Shown piece by piece: positions 14,803-27,568 of a DNA stretch of 64,000 bases. Source of the DNA: Lama guanicoe (Eukaryota); NCBI GenBank assembly GCA_013239625.1, contig MU053472.1:2701822-2765821 (forward strand), given 5' to 3'. The translations under genes and the position numbers were made by a program. Positions within the stretch are counted from its first letter, which is position 1, and each line of letters opens with the position of its first letter. The notes beneath the pieces were generated by a model that worked only from the letters and a program-made list of their open reading frames with translations, searched no databases and was not told where the DNA came from.

Positions 14803-15750
14803 TTCCAGTCAAGATGGTGGAGCGGTAGGACCGCGAGCCTGCCTCTCCTCGCGACTACAATGAAACCACAATTGAATGCTAAACAACCATCAAAAAAAGA
14901 CTAGAACCTAGCAGAAAAGATCTTCTGCAACTGGAAATATGAAGAGGGAACCACAGCAGGATGGTAGGAGGAGCGTACCCGCGATATAATTGGGCCCCAT
15001 ACTCCCTGGGTGGGCGACCCACAAGCTGAAGTGGCAAAGGCCCTCTCACAGGACTGAGAGCTCTAAGTGCCACGTCAGGCTCCCCAGCTTAGGCCCTGGC
15101 ATTGGGAAGAGAAGGAGACCCCAGGACATCTTGTTTTGACAGCCTACATGAGCCTTCCTGGAGGCTGACATCTTGACTGGATCATTAGCACCAAGACCTA
15201 GCCCCAACCAACAGCCTGTAGGGAAGCCTCAGGCCAAACAACATACAGGGTGGGAACACAGCCATACCCATCAGCAGACTCCCTAAGCCACAAAGGCCTC
15301 TAGACACAGCCTTACCCACCAGAGGTCCAGGACCAAGCTTCACCCAGCGGTGCGCAGGCACCGGCTCCTCCTGCCAGGAAACCTGCACAAGCCTCTAGTC
15401 CAGCCTCATCCACCAAGGGCAGATACCAGAAATAAGAAAACAATAACCCCAAAGCCTGTGGAAGGAATCCACAAACACATAGAAAGATAGATGATATGAG
15501 GCAGTAAAGGAATATCTCCCAGGCCAAGGCACAAGATAAAATCCCAGAAGAAGAAATAAGTAATGAGGAGATAGGCAATTTATCCGAGAAAGAGTTTAAA
15601 GTAACGATAGCAAAGATGTTCAGAGAACTCAACAGGAGTATAGACACACAGAGTGAAGTTTTTAGCAAAGAGCTGGAAAATATAAAGAATACCCAGAGTT
15701 GAAGAATAAAATCACTGAAATGAACAATACACTGGAAGGAACCAAGAACA
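14803..15750 (+). mobile_element. L1 5' UTR plus decayed ORF1 N-terminus
   Basis: Starts CAAGATGGTGGAGCGGTAGG like an L1 5' end; from ~15496 reads MRQ*RNISQAKAQDKIPEEEISNEEIGNLSEKEFKVTIAKMFREL, ORF1p-like. Confidence 0.75.
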
Positions 15751-16283
15751 ATCAATGAAGGATACCAGACGTCTAAAGAAAGCCTTTGACATGGCAGAGA
15801 GGACTAAATCGGTCAAAGAAAACAGGAACTTAGAAGAGACATATGCATGGAACAAAAGAACATTTCAAAGAATAATTAAAACCCTCAGAGGAATAAAAGA
15901 AGATACTGTACTCACAAAATAAGTCACTATAAAAAGAAAAAACAGAGCTTTGGGAACACAAATGATAGTATAAAAAAATCAGTAAAAAGATTAGAAAATA
16001 AACTTCTAGAAAAAAATCTCAGAAAGTAAACAAAATGACAAAGAAATGAAAGAACAGAAAAGGTAAGAAAAACAGACGATCAGTCTGGTAGGTCCAACAT
16101 CCAACTAAATGCAATTTCAAGAAAAGAAAATAACAGTGGGGAAATTATCAAAAAGATCACTTATGAAAATTTCCTAGAGTGAAAAGACTAAAACTTTTAA
16201 GCTTGAAAGAGTTAAAAATAAATAAAATAATAAGAATCAAAGAAAGACATATCACTGTAAAAAGCATCTAAAATAAAATCTTA

Positions 16284-16409
16284 GGAAGGAGGGTATATGG
16301 CTCAGTGGTTAAGAGTGTATGCCTAGCATTCACGAGATCCTAGGTGCAATTCCCAGTACCTACATTAAATAAATAAATAAACCTAATTAACCACCCCTAA
16401 AATTTTTTA
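16284..16409 (+). mobile_element. tRNA-derived SINE (Vic-1-like)
   Basis: GGCTCAGTGG A-box, degenerate B-box, AAATAAACCTAATTA tail; flanking AAAATCTTA duplication. Confidence 0.85.
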
Positions 16410-17252
16410 AAAATCTTAAATATCTTAAAGAAAAACAGATCTATAAAAGATTCTGAATCAGAATAGCAAGGGAATTCTCAATAGAAACATTTTAAGGTAG
16501 ACAAAAATGGTGCAAAATCCTGTGTGGAAATGAGTTTCAATTTCAAAACAGCATCCAAACAATCAAACAAGTATAAGGATATAAAAAGGAAATTTTCAAA
16601 TATGCAATGTTTCCAAAAAATTTACTTCATTCACAGTTCCTCAGAATCCGTTAGTAAAAGGTCACCAGAACAAGGCAACAAGGACACAAACTAAGAAGAA
16701 GAAAGATATGGTACCCAGGAAACAAAGGCTCTAACACTGAAGGAACCAAGAGGATTCCAAGGATTATGGTAAAGGGAACGGCCCATAATAAGAACTATCA
16801 GTACAGGTGAGGACAGGAGGTCCCTACGGGACGTCTCTAGGAAAATAAATGGAGTAATAGATTACCTAGTAACTGTGAACATTGAACACTGGGCCTGAAA
16901 GGTGTTTTACAGAATTGATGGAAGGTATAAACAGGTAACAGTAGATTGAAAGAAAATGAAGCAAGATGAGGATGGGAAGAAGCGAGAAAGGAGTAAAAAA
17001 GAATAAAACAGAAGTCAATACATAATTCTAAAACTGCTGAATTAAGTGACAGCAGAATACACTTATTGCTTAGAAATACAGAGACCAGAACCAAGAGCTA
17101 AAAGAGTTACCTCAGAGGAGAATTCAAAGAGCTCTCCTCCCAACCCTCACCAATCAGAAATAAAACAGGAATAACAACAATGAAACACATCCCACATTCC
17201 AAGAGGACTTATAATTGTGTTAGAAATATATATTTTTTGACTGCGAATTTTA

Positions 17253-17423
<171 letters not shown>

Positions 17424-18450
17424 CTAGTCACACTCCCTTAATTCCTATTTGTAAGAAACAAATGATACAGCAGTTTATATTCTTAAAAAAACTAGTGCCA
17501 TGAAGGAATGGGTACAAAAATGATGGGCTAAAAAAGCAGACTATATTAAATATTAGCAGTGAAAAGAGTTATACGTGAGACTTTCCTGTTGATCTGCTGA
17601 CATCTAGTGGCAAAGCTGGGCAATGACCATCTAATAGTGAGTACTCTTGTTACTTTACACATAAAATCCAAGTTGGCATAGAAAAACCTATCATCAGGGT
17701 TCCCAGACACATAATATCACACTTAAAAATTATAAAATATTTCATAAATTTCTCCCAGGGATGCCTCACATAAAACTATTTAATAATACCTGACAGGAAC
17801 TGCCTGTTCTTTAAAATGGCTAGCTATAATACATTTTCATGCAACAGATAAAATACCTGACACAGTGCATGTTACACATTCAAGATGGTTAGAACATACT
17901 AGAATGTGTCCTTAAGCCTAAGAATAAACTATAAACGGCATGTCCTGCAAAAATTAACACTACACAATAGCATAAATCATTCTCAAACTTAATCCCAACT
18001 ACTAAAATGTTATCCAAATTCTGTCTTTTGATGGAGAACAGCGAGGTATAAATTTTCTTGGGCAGAACACGCAAAGGTGAGGTCTTAAATTAGCCTCAGG
18101 CAAAACTATGAAACTAAGAAGTTCTCTTTATTTTTCTTCTCCCCTCATATTCTTCAGCTTCCTAACTCCAGATACTGCAGGTCAAAGAAAACCAATTTAG
18201 ATTAAGGTCTCAGTAACAGATAACAATTTAATGTGCCATGCCTCTTGAAAGTAAGGAGTGGTTTGTTTTTTAAGAGGATACGTATAGCATGTACCACTTA
18301 ACCAAAGGAAGAAATGAATCCTCTAGTAACAGATTTTGCCTGGCACAGCTGCTTATGTATTTATTCAACAAATATTCACTGAGTGCCTATAGTGTGCCAG
18401 GCTTTAATGTGAATGGTGGTAGGAAGAGGAAAACTTCTGCACATCACTCA

Positions 18451-18768
<318 letters not shown>

Positions 18769-19729
18769 TTACAAAGAGAATTATAATCCAATTAAGTAAA
18801 AGGGAAAAAGTACACAACAGCAAATTTAGCATGTGCTGTAAGTAAACTAATGATTCAATAACATGGTAGGTCACAATTAGGGTGTCTTGATAACTGTTTG
18901 CTTATCTGCTTATTTATAAAATGTGCTATTGATTATCTATTTTCATAAACATCCGGCACCCCCAAGCTAAGATAAATTAGTACAAGTTTATTAGAACAAG
19001 TTAATCCCGACAAAGGAAAAAAAGACTTCTACTTATTCCAATTTAGTTCATTCAAAATGTCTGTGAGATTAGGTATTATCCAACCTCATTTGGCAGCTTC
19101 AGCAGAAAATCGGAGCGCTTTCTGAAGGTACCCAATTAGTTCAAGTTTTTATGCTACAAAAATTCTACCTAATAAATTGTATCCATGCATCTTTCGGTAT
19201 CTGTCGAATTTAAAGGCTCCAAAAAGGGTGGCAATTTTGTCTGCCTCTTAAATGCTTTCTATATGAGTGATGATCTCAGCCTTCCCACCACCCAAAGCTT
19301 TTTACTTGATGACAGTGTAGAGAGTAGACTAATCACCACACTCATCTGATGGAGCTTGCCTAAAATGACACAAGACTGTACAAATCTGTTTGTATTACAA
19401 AGCAAAACAAGAAGCATTTGATTTTGGAGGCATTTCTAAAATTTTTATTTTTCAGTAAGAAAAGGTGGTTCTCTAAGAAATTCCTAACCCACTCAAACTG
19501 ATATTCAGTATACTCTGAATTTGAATGAGTATCTTTTTTTCAAAATCCATACATGATCTCAAAACCCCACATATGTTATTATGTTGGTGCCCAACTTAAT
19601 AAACCAAGTCTATATATGACTAGATGTTTAATAACAGGTTATTAAAATCACACAAGAGCTATGAAGTGGAGCTGATATAACCTACTTATAAGAAAGACAG
19701 CACAATGAAATCTTTTCATGTAAACTTAC

Positions 19730-19779
19730 AGTTCATATGGTCCAACTCCCCCATGGTCCATGCTCTCATTTAACTGACC
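19730..19779 (-). CDS. RPS6KB1: S6K1 exon 2 (GQLNESMDHGGVGPYEL)
   Basis: cag/gtaagt; 50 nt. Confidence 0.96.
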
Positions 19780-20379
19780 CTGAAAAATATGTTAAAGGTT
19801 TAAAAATAAATAATCTCATAAATAAGAAATAAAAAATGTTAATGCTTCACTCCATTACTGAAGGAGAATGAATCAACTAAACCAGCTCAAAAATTCTCTA
19901 TTCTTTAATAGCAGGCAAATGTGGTGATGAATGAAATAAGGTATACAAACAATACCATGGGGATTTCACTTTTAATTTATTTGACAACTAAGCTACAGAT
20001 GCTACTCATCAAAGATCTACAAACAAAACCAGGTGATTTTTCCTTCAAAAATTACATTTATTCAAAAATGTATTTTGAAATGTATTTTGTATATTATGAA
20101 ACTAAAGGCACTACATTCTAAGTATGAGTTAATCAAATGATTTACACAAAGTGCTATTCTGACATGTTTTTGATACGTAAGACTAACACACTGCTATAAA
20201 CCTTATGTAATTACAACTAACTAAGCCTAAGTTAACCATAACCAGTCCAAGATATTGTGGTGTATAATGTGGCTGACCAAAGTAAAACAATTAAACAACT
20301 CTTTCAAATTTTGAGGAGTCATGCTGGCCAAACGTTTATTCTATCAATGAGTGCAAAACTTAATTAAGATTCTGTATAC

Positions 20380-20848
20380 TAGCAATACTCAGCCATAAAA
20401 AAAAGAATGAAATAATGCCATTTGCAGGAACACGGATGGACCTAGAGATTACCATATTAAGCGAAGTTAAGTCAGACAGAGAAAGACAAATATCATATGA
20501 CATCACTTATATGTGGTCCAAAAAAAATTTTCCTAATAATACAAATGAACCAGAATAGACTCACAGACATAGAAAACAAACCATGGTTACCAAAGTGGAA
20601 AGGGACTGGGGGAAGGGATAAATTAGGAGTCTGGGATTAACATACACACACTACTATATATAAAACAGATAAACAACAAGGACCTACTGTATAGCACAGG
20701 GAACTATATTCAATATCTTGTAATAACCTATAATGGAAAAGAATCTGGAAAAGAATATACATATATGTGTATATGTATAATTGAATTACTTTTACGGTAC
20801 ACTTGAAACTAACACAACATTGTAAATCAACTACAATTTTTTTAAAAA
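20380..20848 (+). mobile_element. L1 3' end (end of ORF2 and 3' UTR)
   Basis: ATACTCAGCCATAAAAAAAAGAATGAAATAATGCCATTTGCAG...CTGTATAGCACAGGGAACTATATTCAATATCTTGTAATAACC. Confidence 0.85.
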
Positions 20849-22450
20849 GTGCAAGACTTGTATATTTGATAATTCCAAAGCATTACTGAAAAAAATTATA
20901 AAAGACCTAAATAAATCAAAAGGTATCCCACATTCGTAGATCAGACGACTTAATATTTTTAAGATGGCAATAGTAAACAAATTGGTCTACAGATTCAACT
21001 CAACTCTAAAAATCCCAGGTTCCTTTCTTGCAGAAATTGACAAGCTAATTCTAAAACTTACTCAGAAACACAAGGGGCCCAAAATAGCCAACACAGTCCT
21101 TAAAAAGGGGAACAAAGTTGAGGAACTGATGTCCTGATTTCAAAATGTACTACAAACCAACAGTTATCAACACAGTGTGGTACTGTCATAAGGACAGAAA
21201 TATAAATCAATGAAATAGAATTGAGAGCGCAGAAATAAACCCTTACATTTATGGTCAACTGATTTTTAACAAAGATGCCAAGAAAATTCAATGGGACAGG
21301 AACAATCTTTCAATAAATGGTGCTGGGATAACTGCATATCCACATGCAAAAATTTATTTTGGGCCCCTACCTTCACATCATACAGCGAAATAGATCACAG
21401 ACCTAAATAGAAGAGCTAAAACTATAAACTCTTAGAAGAAACCTGGGAGGGAGTAAATCTTCATGATCTTGAGGTAAGCAATGACTTCTTAAGACAGATC
21501 ACAAAAGGCACAAAAGATTAAAGAAAAAAACCGATAAAATGAATTTATTCAAAATTTAAAATTTTTGCACTTTGAAAGATACTATCAAGAAGGTAAAAAG
21601 AAAATCCACAGAATAAAAACATATAAAGAACGTCTACAACTCAATAATAATAATTAAAAAAAAACAATTTAAAAAACAATGAGTTAGGATCTGAACAGGT
21701 GTTTCTCCAAAAAAGATACATAAATGGCAGTCACATGAAAGGATGTTCGACATCATTAGTCATTAGGGAACTAGAAACCCAAACCATACTGAGATACCAA
21801 TTTATATCAACTAGGATGGCTATAATTAAGACAAATGGTAACAAGCTTGGCAAGGATGTAGAGAAATTGGAACCCTCACCCACTGCTGGCAGCAGTGTGG
21901 TACAACTACAACCACTTTGGAAAACAGTTTGGCAGTTTCTTCAAAAATTAAACAGACTTACCATATGATCCAGCAAATCTACTCCTAGGTATCTACCCAA
22001 AAGAAATGAAAATATATGTTCCACAAAGACTTAGGCACAAATGTTTAAAACAGTATTATTCACAACAGCCAAAAAATGGAAATAACTCCAACGAACATCA
22101 ACTGGTGAAAGGATAAATGTGGGTTATCTTAACAATCAAATACTATTTGGTCATAAAAAGGAATGAAGTACTGATATACTACAACGTAGATGATCTTCAG
22201 AAACATTATTGTAAGTGAAAGAAGCCAGACACAAAAGGCCACATATTGTATAATTCAATTTACATGGACTGTCCAGAAAAGACAAATTCACAGAGATGAG
22301 TAGACCAGTGGTATAGCCTAGGGCCGGAGGTGGCAATGAGGAGAGACTGTAAATTGGCCTAAAGTTTCTTTTGAGGGCAACAGAAACGTTCTAAAATTAA
22401 ACTAAGGTGTGGTTGTACAACTCTATAAATAGAAAAGTCACAGAATTTTT
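20849..22450 (+). mobile_element. Older L1 (L1M-type) ORF2 3' part and 3' UTR
   Basis: Decayed ORF2 peptide at 21699-21968 (...STSLVIRE...QPLWKTVWQFLQKLN); AATAAATGGTGCTGGGATAACTG. Confidence 0.85.
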
Positions 22451-24618
22451 ACAAAAAAATGGTAACCTGACAGCAGAAATTCAGTTTTTAGCATTACAAA
22501 CTATAGCTTTAAAATGAGTATTCTTAAATACAGTCTGATTATGAACTCTTTCAATTTACATGAAAGTGTATCACTTAAATGAAAATAGGAAGATTAAAGG
22601 TTTTATTGAAAATTTTAGAACAATTCAAAAAAAATTTAAATGGACTCATCTTTCTTCAAAGATACCACTACACAGTCAAGATACACAAAGAAAACTGACA
22701 GCATTCTTACACAATGGATGCTTAAATGCCCCCACAAAACCCAAGTTTATTTTAGTCAGAACCTGCTCAGGGAGTAAACAAGTCAGGATGATGTCTAACA
22801 CCAGCCATGTATGTTTCATGATTAGATCTAGGCAAATGGAGGGGCAGTATCAAGGGGAAAAAAATTCTTGCAGTTTCAACTTGATAGTTTCTTGATAGTT
22901 TCTGTGTGAGGACGGGCAGGTAGGGGTGGTTGTGGCTATAAGTAGTTTTTGGGGTTTTTTGGTTTTTTTTTTTTGGTCTCTGGTGCTTCATACAATCACC
23001 TATGGTGGCTTCACTTTAAAGACAAAAAACTAACTTCTATAAAACTGGTATTATATAATTATTTTTTCTTTAATGTTCATTTCACTTAATTCTTAATTAA
23101 AGACCACAGAGTAGTTAACACTAAACTACATGACTTTGAAGCCACCTAGAAAGATATGCCCCGTGGCTATGTTTCATTTCCGGAGCCAGCCAGGCCTGTA
23201 TTACCACCTGCATCTGGGTTTATGACTTCCTACCGTTACCTTCTTGGAACAGAAGCATTTGAGGCACAATTCTTTCCTGCTACTAAATGTTACCTTTAGA
23301 AAGTCTCACAACAGAATCATTAAGTTTTAATATAATACATACTGACACCTTCCTTCATGGGAAACTATTCAGGTTTTTTTTTTTCTACTGCCCTGACCCA
23401 TGCGGTGCTTTATGTGTGCCACTATGGCTGACAAAGTCGAATCTTCCTAATCTAAGGTACTACACATGATACACCGTTTCAGACTAGCCCACCACAATGA
23501 CTATTCACAAAGTTTTAAATTAAAATTGTATATAAATTAAAGTTAATATGCCTAAAGTCCCAGTGAAAGAGCACATTTTATAAAAATGTAAATAAATTGT
23601 TACCGAATAGGTAAAATATCCCCAATCCAGACATTCTTTGAACATACTATCTGTATAGCACTGTTTTGCAAAATACTAAAAATTTTCAAACTTTTTGCTC
23701 AATAAAAACCTAATAGCCCAATCCGTAATTTGTGCAGTAACGCTCCGTGACGATTTCAAATTTTGAATTGGTAGAGTAAAAATTTCGAATTAGTAGAGTA
23801 AGGATTTTTTAAAGTTGCAGTAACAATTTTTTAACTTTGTGTCTCCACAAAAAGTAGAGGTTTCCAACATTTTCTTAATCTAACGAAAATCTCTAGAGGA
23901 AAATTTTCCCTTAGTTTCAACTCTGTCCCCAAATTATACCATCACCAGAGAAAAAGAAAAAAAAAACCATACCATCCACTGGTTTTAATATAGTGTTTAA
24001 AATGTATTAATTTACTCTCTTCATCTCACTGAAGAATTAACTATGCTATGTAAACGTATATATTTACTAATACAGATGCACTCAGTGTAACATATCTCTA
24101 AATAAGGCCAATGATAAAAAGAAAGGAATGAAAGAAGGAAGGAAGGAAAGAAAAAAAAACAAAGTACAGTTCTAAAAATGCAGCACCTCTAGTATAACTG
24201 CATTTATTACTAAGTCTCTAGGCATAGATGAGGGTAAACTTGAATGATTGGTTCCTTGGCAATGAGTAACACTGACAAGCTATATTTCCAGAAACTAGCT
24301 AACTGCTTAATTTGCCAGGATATTTTGAGAGTACTTTATATACCTGATCGCATGTAATCTTCAGTTTACAGAGATGAAAAAAGTGTCACAAAGATTAAGC
24401 GACTTATTGTAGATCACACAGTCGATGAGCATGGCTGGAGGGACCTGAATTCACTTTTGACACACCACAAACAGATACATTATGAACAAGAGTAGTAAAT
24501 GCAATGAAGAAGCTATGCAATGAAGTTCGATGAACTGAGTCAGAAGATAGCACCACTAGTTACCTCCACGGTCTTGGACAGTTCTCTCTCTGGCTGATGC
24601 CTCAGCTTCCTTACTGTA

Positions 24619-24752
24619 TTAGATTTTTTTTTCTTTTTTTGGGGGGGGGATCAGGTTTATTTACTTATTTTTTTAATGGAGATACTGGGGATTGAACCCG
24701 AGACCTTGTGCATGCTAAGCACGTACTCTACCACTGAGTTATACTCTCTCTC
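24619..24752 (-). mobile_element. tRNA-derived SINE (Vic-1-like) inserted into a MIR
   Basis: CTGGGGATTGAACCC...GCATGCTAAGC...CTACCACTGAG; imperfect flanking duplication CTCAGCTTCCTTACTGTA / CTCAATTTCCTTACTATA. Confidence 0.85.
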
Positions 24753-26906
24753 CTCAATTTCCTTACTATAAACTGAAGAAGCGAGGCTACTCTGATACAT
24801 ATCAATGTTTAAAAACATTTGTGTACTAAAGGATATAAATTCACAAGTAGCCAGAATATTAATTATATTATTGCACATTCACAGTAGCCAGACTTTCTAA
24901 GAATCTAAACTTCTCTCATTTTTTCAGAACTTTTAAATTTTATTTTAGGTAAACCTGGATGTCACTGAATCTCCTTGGGTGGTCAACCCAATCCCACTCC
25001 AACTCCTTCTGCTTGTCCACCTTATACTTCTTAGAATAAAACACTCAAAACAAACATTTTCAACTCCATAAGTAAGATGTATTCTGCTGAAGGCTCTTCC
25101 TCAAAATCCTCTATAATTACTTTTGCTCTTTCCCCAAAGCTCCTCTCCCCAAGGTAGTGACCCCATTTCTTTCTCTTTCCTATTTCCACCAATTTCCCTG
25201 GCCTCCTCTTGCACACCCTCCCCAAATTCTACTTGCTTGTACCCAGAAAAACAAATGTCCAGGAGAGATCCCAGTTCATAACAGGAATCTTAATACAGTA
25301 TTTTACTTCCAATCCCTAATAAATCCATGGTCTGTAAATTCTATCAGTTCAACTGATGAAGATTTTATAAAGCACCCTTTCTATCCTGTTTTCCCCTCTG
25401 CTCTGCTCCAAAGCCACTGCCATATGGAACCAATATAATTGATTAGTGCATGTTATACATAATGAAAGTAATCCCATATTTCTTCCAAATCGTAATTAGT
25501 GTATCACATGTTCCATTAAGAAGCTAACTGTATTTCCATATGCAAACATATTAAAAAGTACACATTTAAATACCCACCTTCCAAACTGTCTGGTTTTGAT
25601 TTAGACTCACTTGATTATGAAAAGAACAGTATTTTAGCCCATGTAGTTTCTTCAAGTGTTCAAAGTTCTTTTATATATAGCATCTCAGTCTTTTGTCAAC
25701 AAGCAGAGCAAAACTTACTTGCCAGAGGAAAATCGGGTGAGGAAAAGAAAGGAAAGCCCCATATGTAGTTACAGCAAACATCTGACATCAGCCATGTACT
25801 TATCTAGACAATGGAATTTAGAATCTAAATTACCATGAGGTTATCACTGATGATCATTTGCCCAGAATCAGTGATTTAGTATGACAACACCATTTTTTGA
25901 ACGTCAGGTACAATTTGTGATTTTTCACAATTTATGTTGAAAAAAAAATATCCTGAATAAAGAATAACAAACTACTAAGACAGCAAAGGTAAAACCAAGC
26001 TATGCATTAGGAAAAACAGTTCTAAATTTAGCGCCCTAAATTACAGCAAGGAAAGCCCTCACACCACCATTCACAAGTCTCAGTTCAAGCAATTTATTTT
26101 TGGCAAGCCAAATCACAGCTGTCAACGCTGGGTTTTTTCCGCCCCAAAATTACATCAAGTATTTTGAAAAAATATAGACATCTTCAACTAGGGGAAAAGT
26201 AAATTACAAATGCCGTGTGTCGTTATAAATGGTTTTTTTTTTAAGTCACACGGAAGGGGGTTAAAAAAAAAAAAAAGCAAACAAACAAACCCTGGAAGAT
26301 GCAGCAGAGCCCCCTTGCTCCCGAAATAAAACTCCTGGTGGCTGTAACAGCAGCGGCAGCGCTACTCCCGACAGAAGTTTTCAGCTGTCACTTCTAACAG
26401 CTGAGCGCTTCCTAGGAGAGAAGCGACAGGCCGAGAAAAGAGGTGGTTGTGGGAGGTCTGAAGATTTAATACTTGAAATCTTACCCTCGAAGGGAAACCC
26501 TTCCGCACTTCACCTGCACTTACGGGACACTCAGCAAGCGCAACCACCCCCCGCCCAACCACACACACACCTTTAACACCACTCTCGCCCGGTCACACTC
26601 AAGTCCGAGAGCTCCAGGAATCGACCACGCGCCCTTTCTCGTTCCCTCCACAGACAGACTGATCCTGGCTGCGCTGATCTAGGGCTGGGGGCGCGACCTG
26701 CACCTGCAAGCCCCGCAGCGGCCTCACACCTAGGGCCAGGTCCGCCCCGCCCGCTCCCCTGCTTCGGGCCGCGCGGCGCCTCGGCTCCTCCCGCAGACTA
26801 CTCGCGCCCCCCTGGGTCTCCCCGCTCTCGGACGCACCGGGCTTCCAGGGCCCGTGCCGCCGCCCTGGCCCTGTCACCTCGGGCCCCCCGGGACCCCGGG
26901 CCTCAC

Positions 26907-27047
26907 CCCCTCCTCCAGCTCATCTTCAGAGCCCGCGTCTTCTGGCTGATCCAGGTCTATGTCAAACACCCCTGCCATGTCCTCAGCTTCCCTGTCTCGG
27001 AAGTCCGGCGCTGGGTAAAAGCCGTCCCGCCTCCGTCGTGGCCTCAT
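26907..27047 (-). CDS. RPS6KB1: S6K1 exon 1 coding part; p85 ATG at 27047, p70 ATG at 26978 (MRPRRRRDGFYPAPDFRDREAEDMAGVFDIDLDQPEDAGSEDELEEG)
   Basis: TOS motif FDIDL; GGG|gtgagg donor; 141 nt. Confidence 0.97.
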
Positions 27048-27154
27048 GGGCCCGGACCCGCCGCAGCCACAGCCGCCACTGCCGCCATCACCGGCCGCTG
27101 GGGCTCAGTGCGTCTGCGCCTAGGCCCTAGACTGGCTCCTCACGTTCAGCGCTG

Positions 27155-27505
27155 GAGCATGCGTACAGGAGTCTGTGAAGCCGAACTGTGGTCAGTGAAC
27201 ATGCGTAGAACCATTGCCAGGAACCAGGTACTGGCAGAAACATGCGCAGAAGCCCAGCCGAAGCCGCTGCTGGAAGCCAGATCATGCGCATTGTCGGCTA
27301 AAGCGTTTGATGGACAGTGAGCATGCGTACCAGGTCTGAAGTAGCTAAATTGAAATCGAACATGCGTAATTAGCCTTTCTGAATAGGGAAAAAAGAAAAA
27401 AAAATTCCCCCCAGCCCAAAACCCACAACAAATCTCTCCGTTTGTAGAACATGCGCATTCGTAGTCTGTAGCTTTTTTTTTTCCTATTGAATGTGAGCAT
27501 GCGCA
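27155..27505 (+). repeat. Spaced array of eight RADCATGCGYA motifs (~40 bp period)
   Basis: CATGCG cores at 27158, 27200, 27241, 27283, 27322, 27361, 27450, 27498. Confidence 0.9.
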
Positions 27506-27568
27506 TAGTGAGAGGGAAGGCGTTCTGAAGTTTGAACCGGACAGAAACGGCTGGTCCTGGTGCTGTCA
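27506..27568 (+). other. TUBD1: Probable TUBD1 non-coding exon 1 (5' end uncertain)
   Basis: TCA|gtgagt donor at 27569 at the edge of the CpG island; next acceptor at 28400. Confidence 0.6.

Noticed and set aside
15312..15755. 147-aa hydrophobic ORF on the minus strand
   Set aside because: It is the antisense reading of the L1 5' UTR/ORF1 remnant.
27155..27505. CRISPR-like appearance (repeat plus variable spacer, ~40 bp period)
   Set aside because: The repeat is only ~11 bp and degenerate, it lies in a mammalian CpG-island promoter and no cas genes are present; better explained as a transcription-factor motif array.
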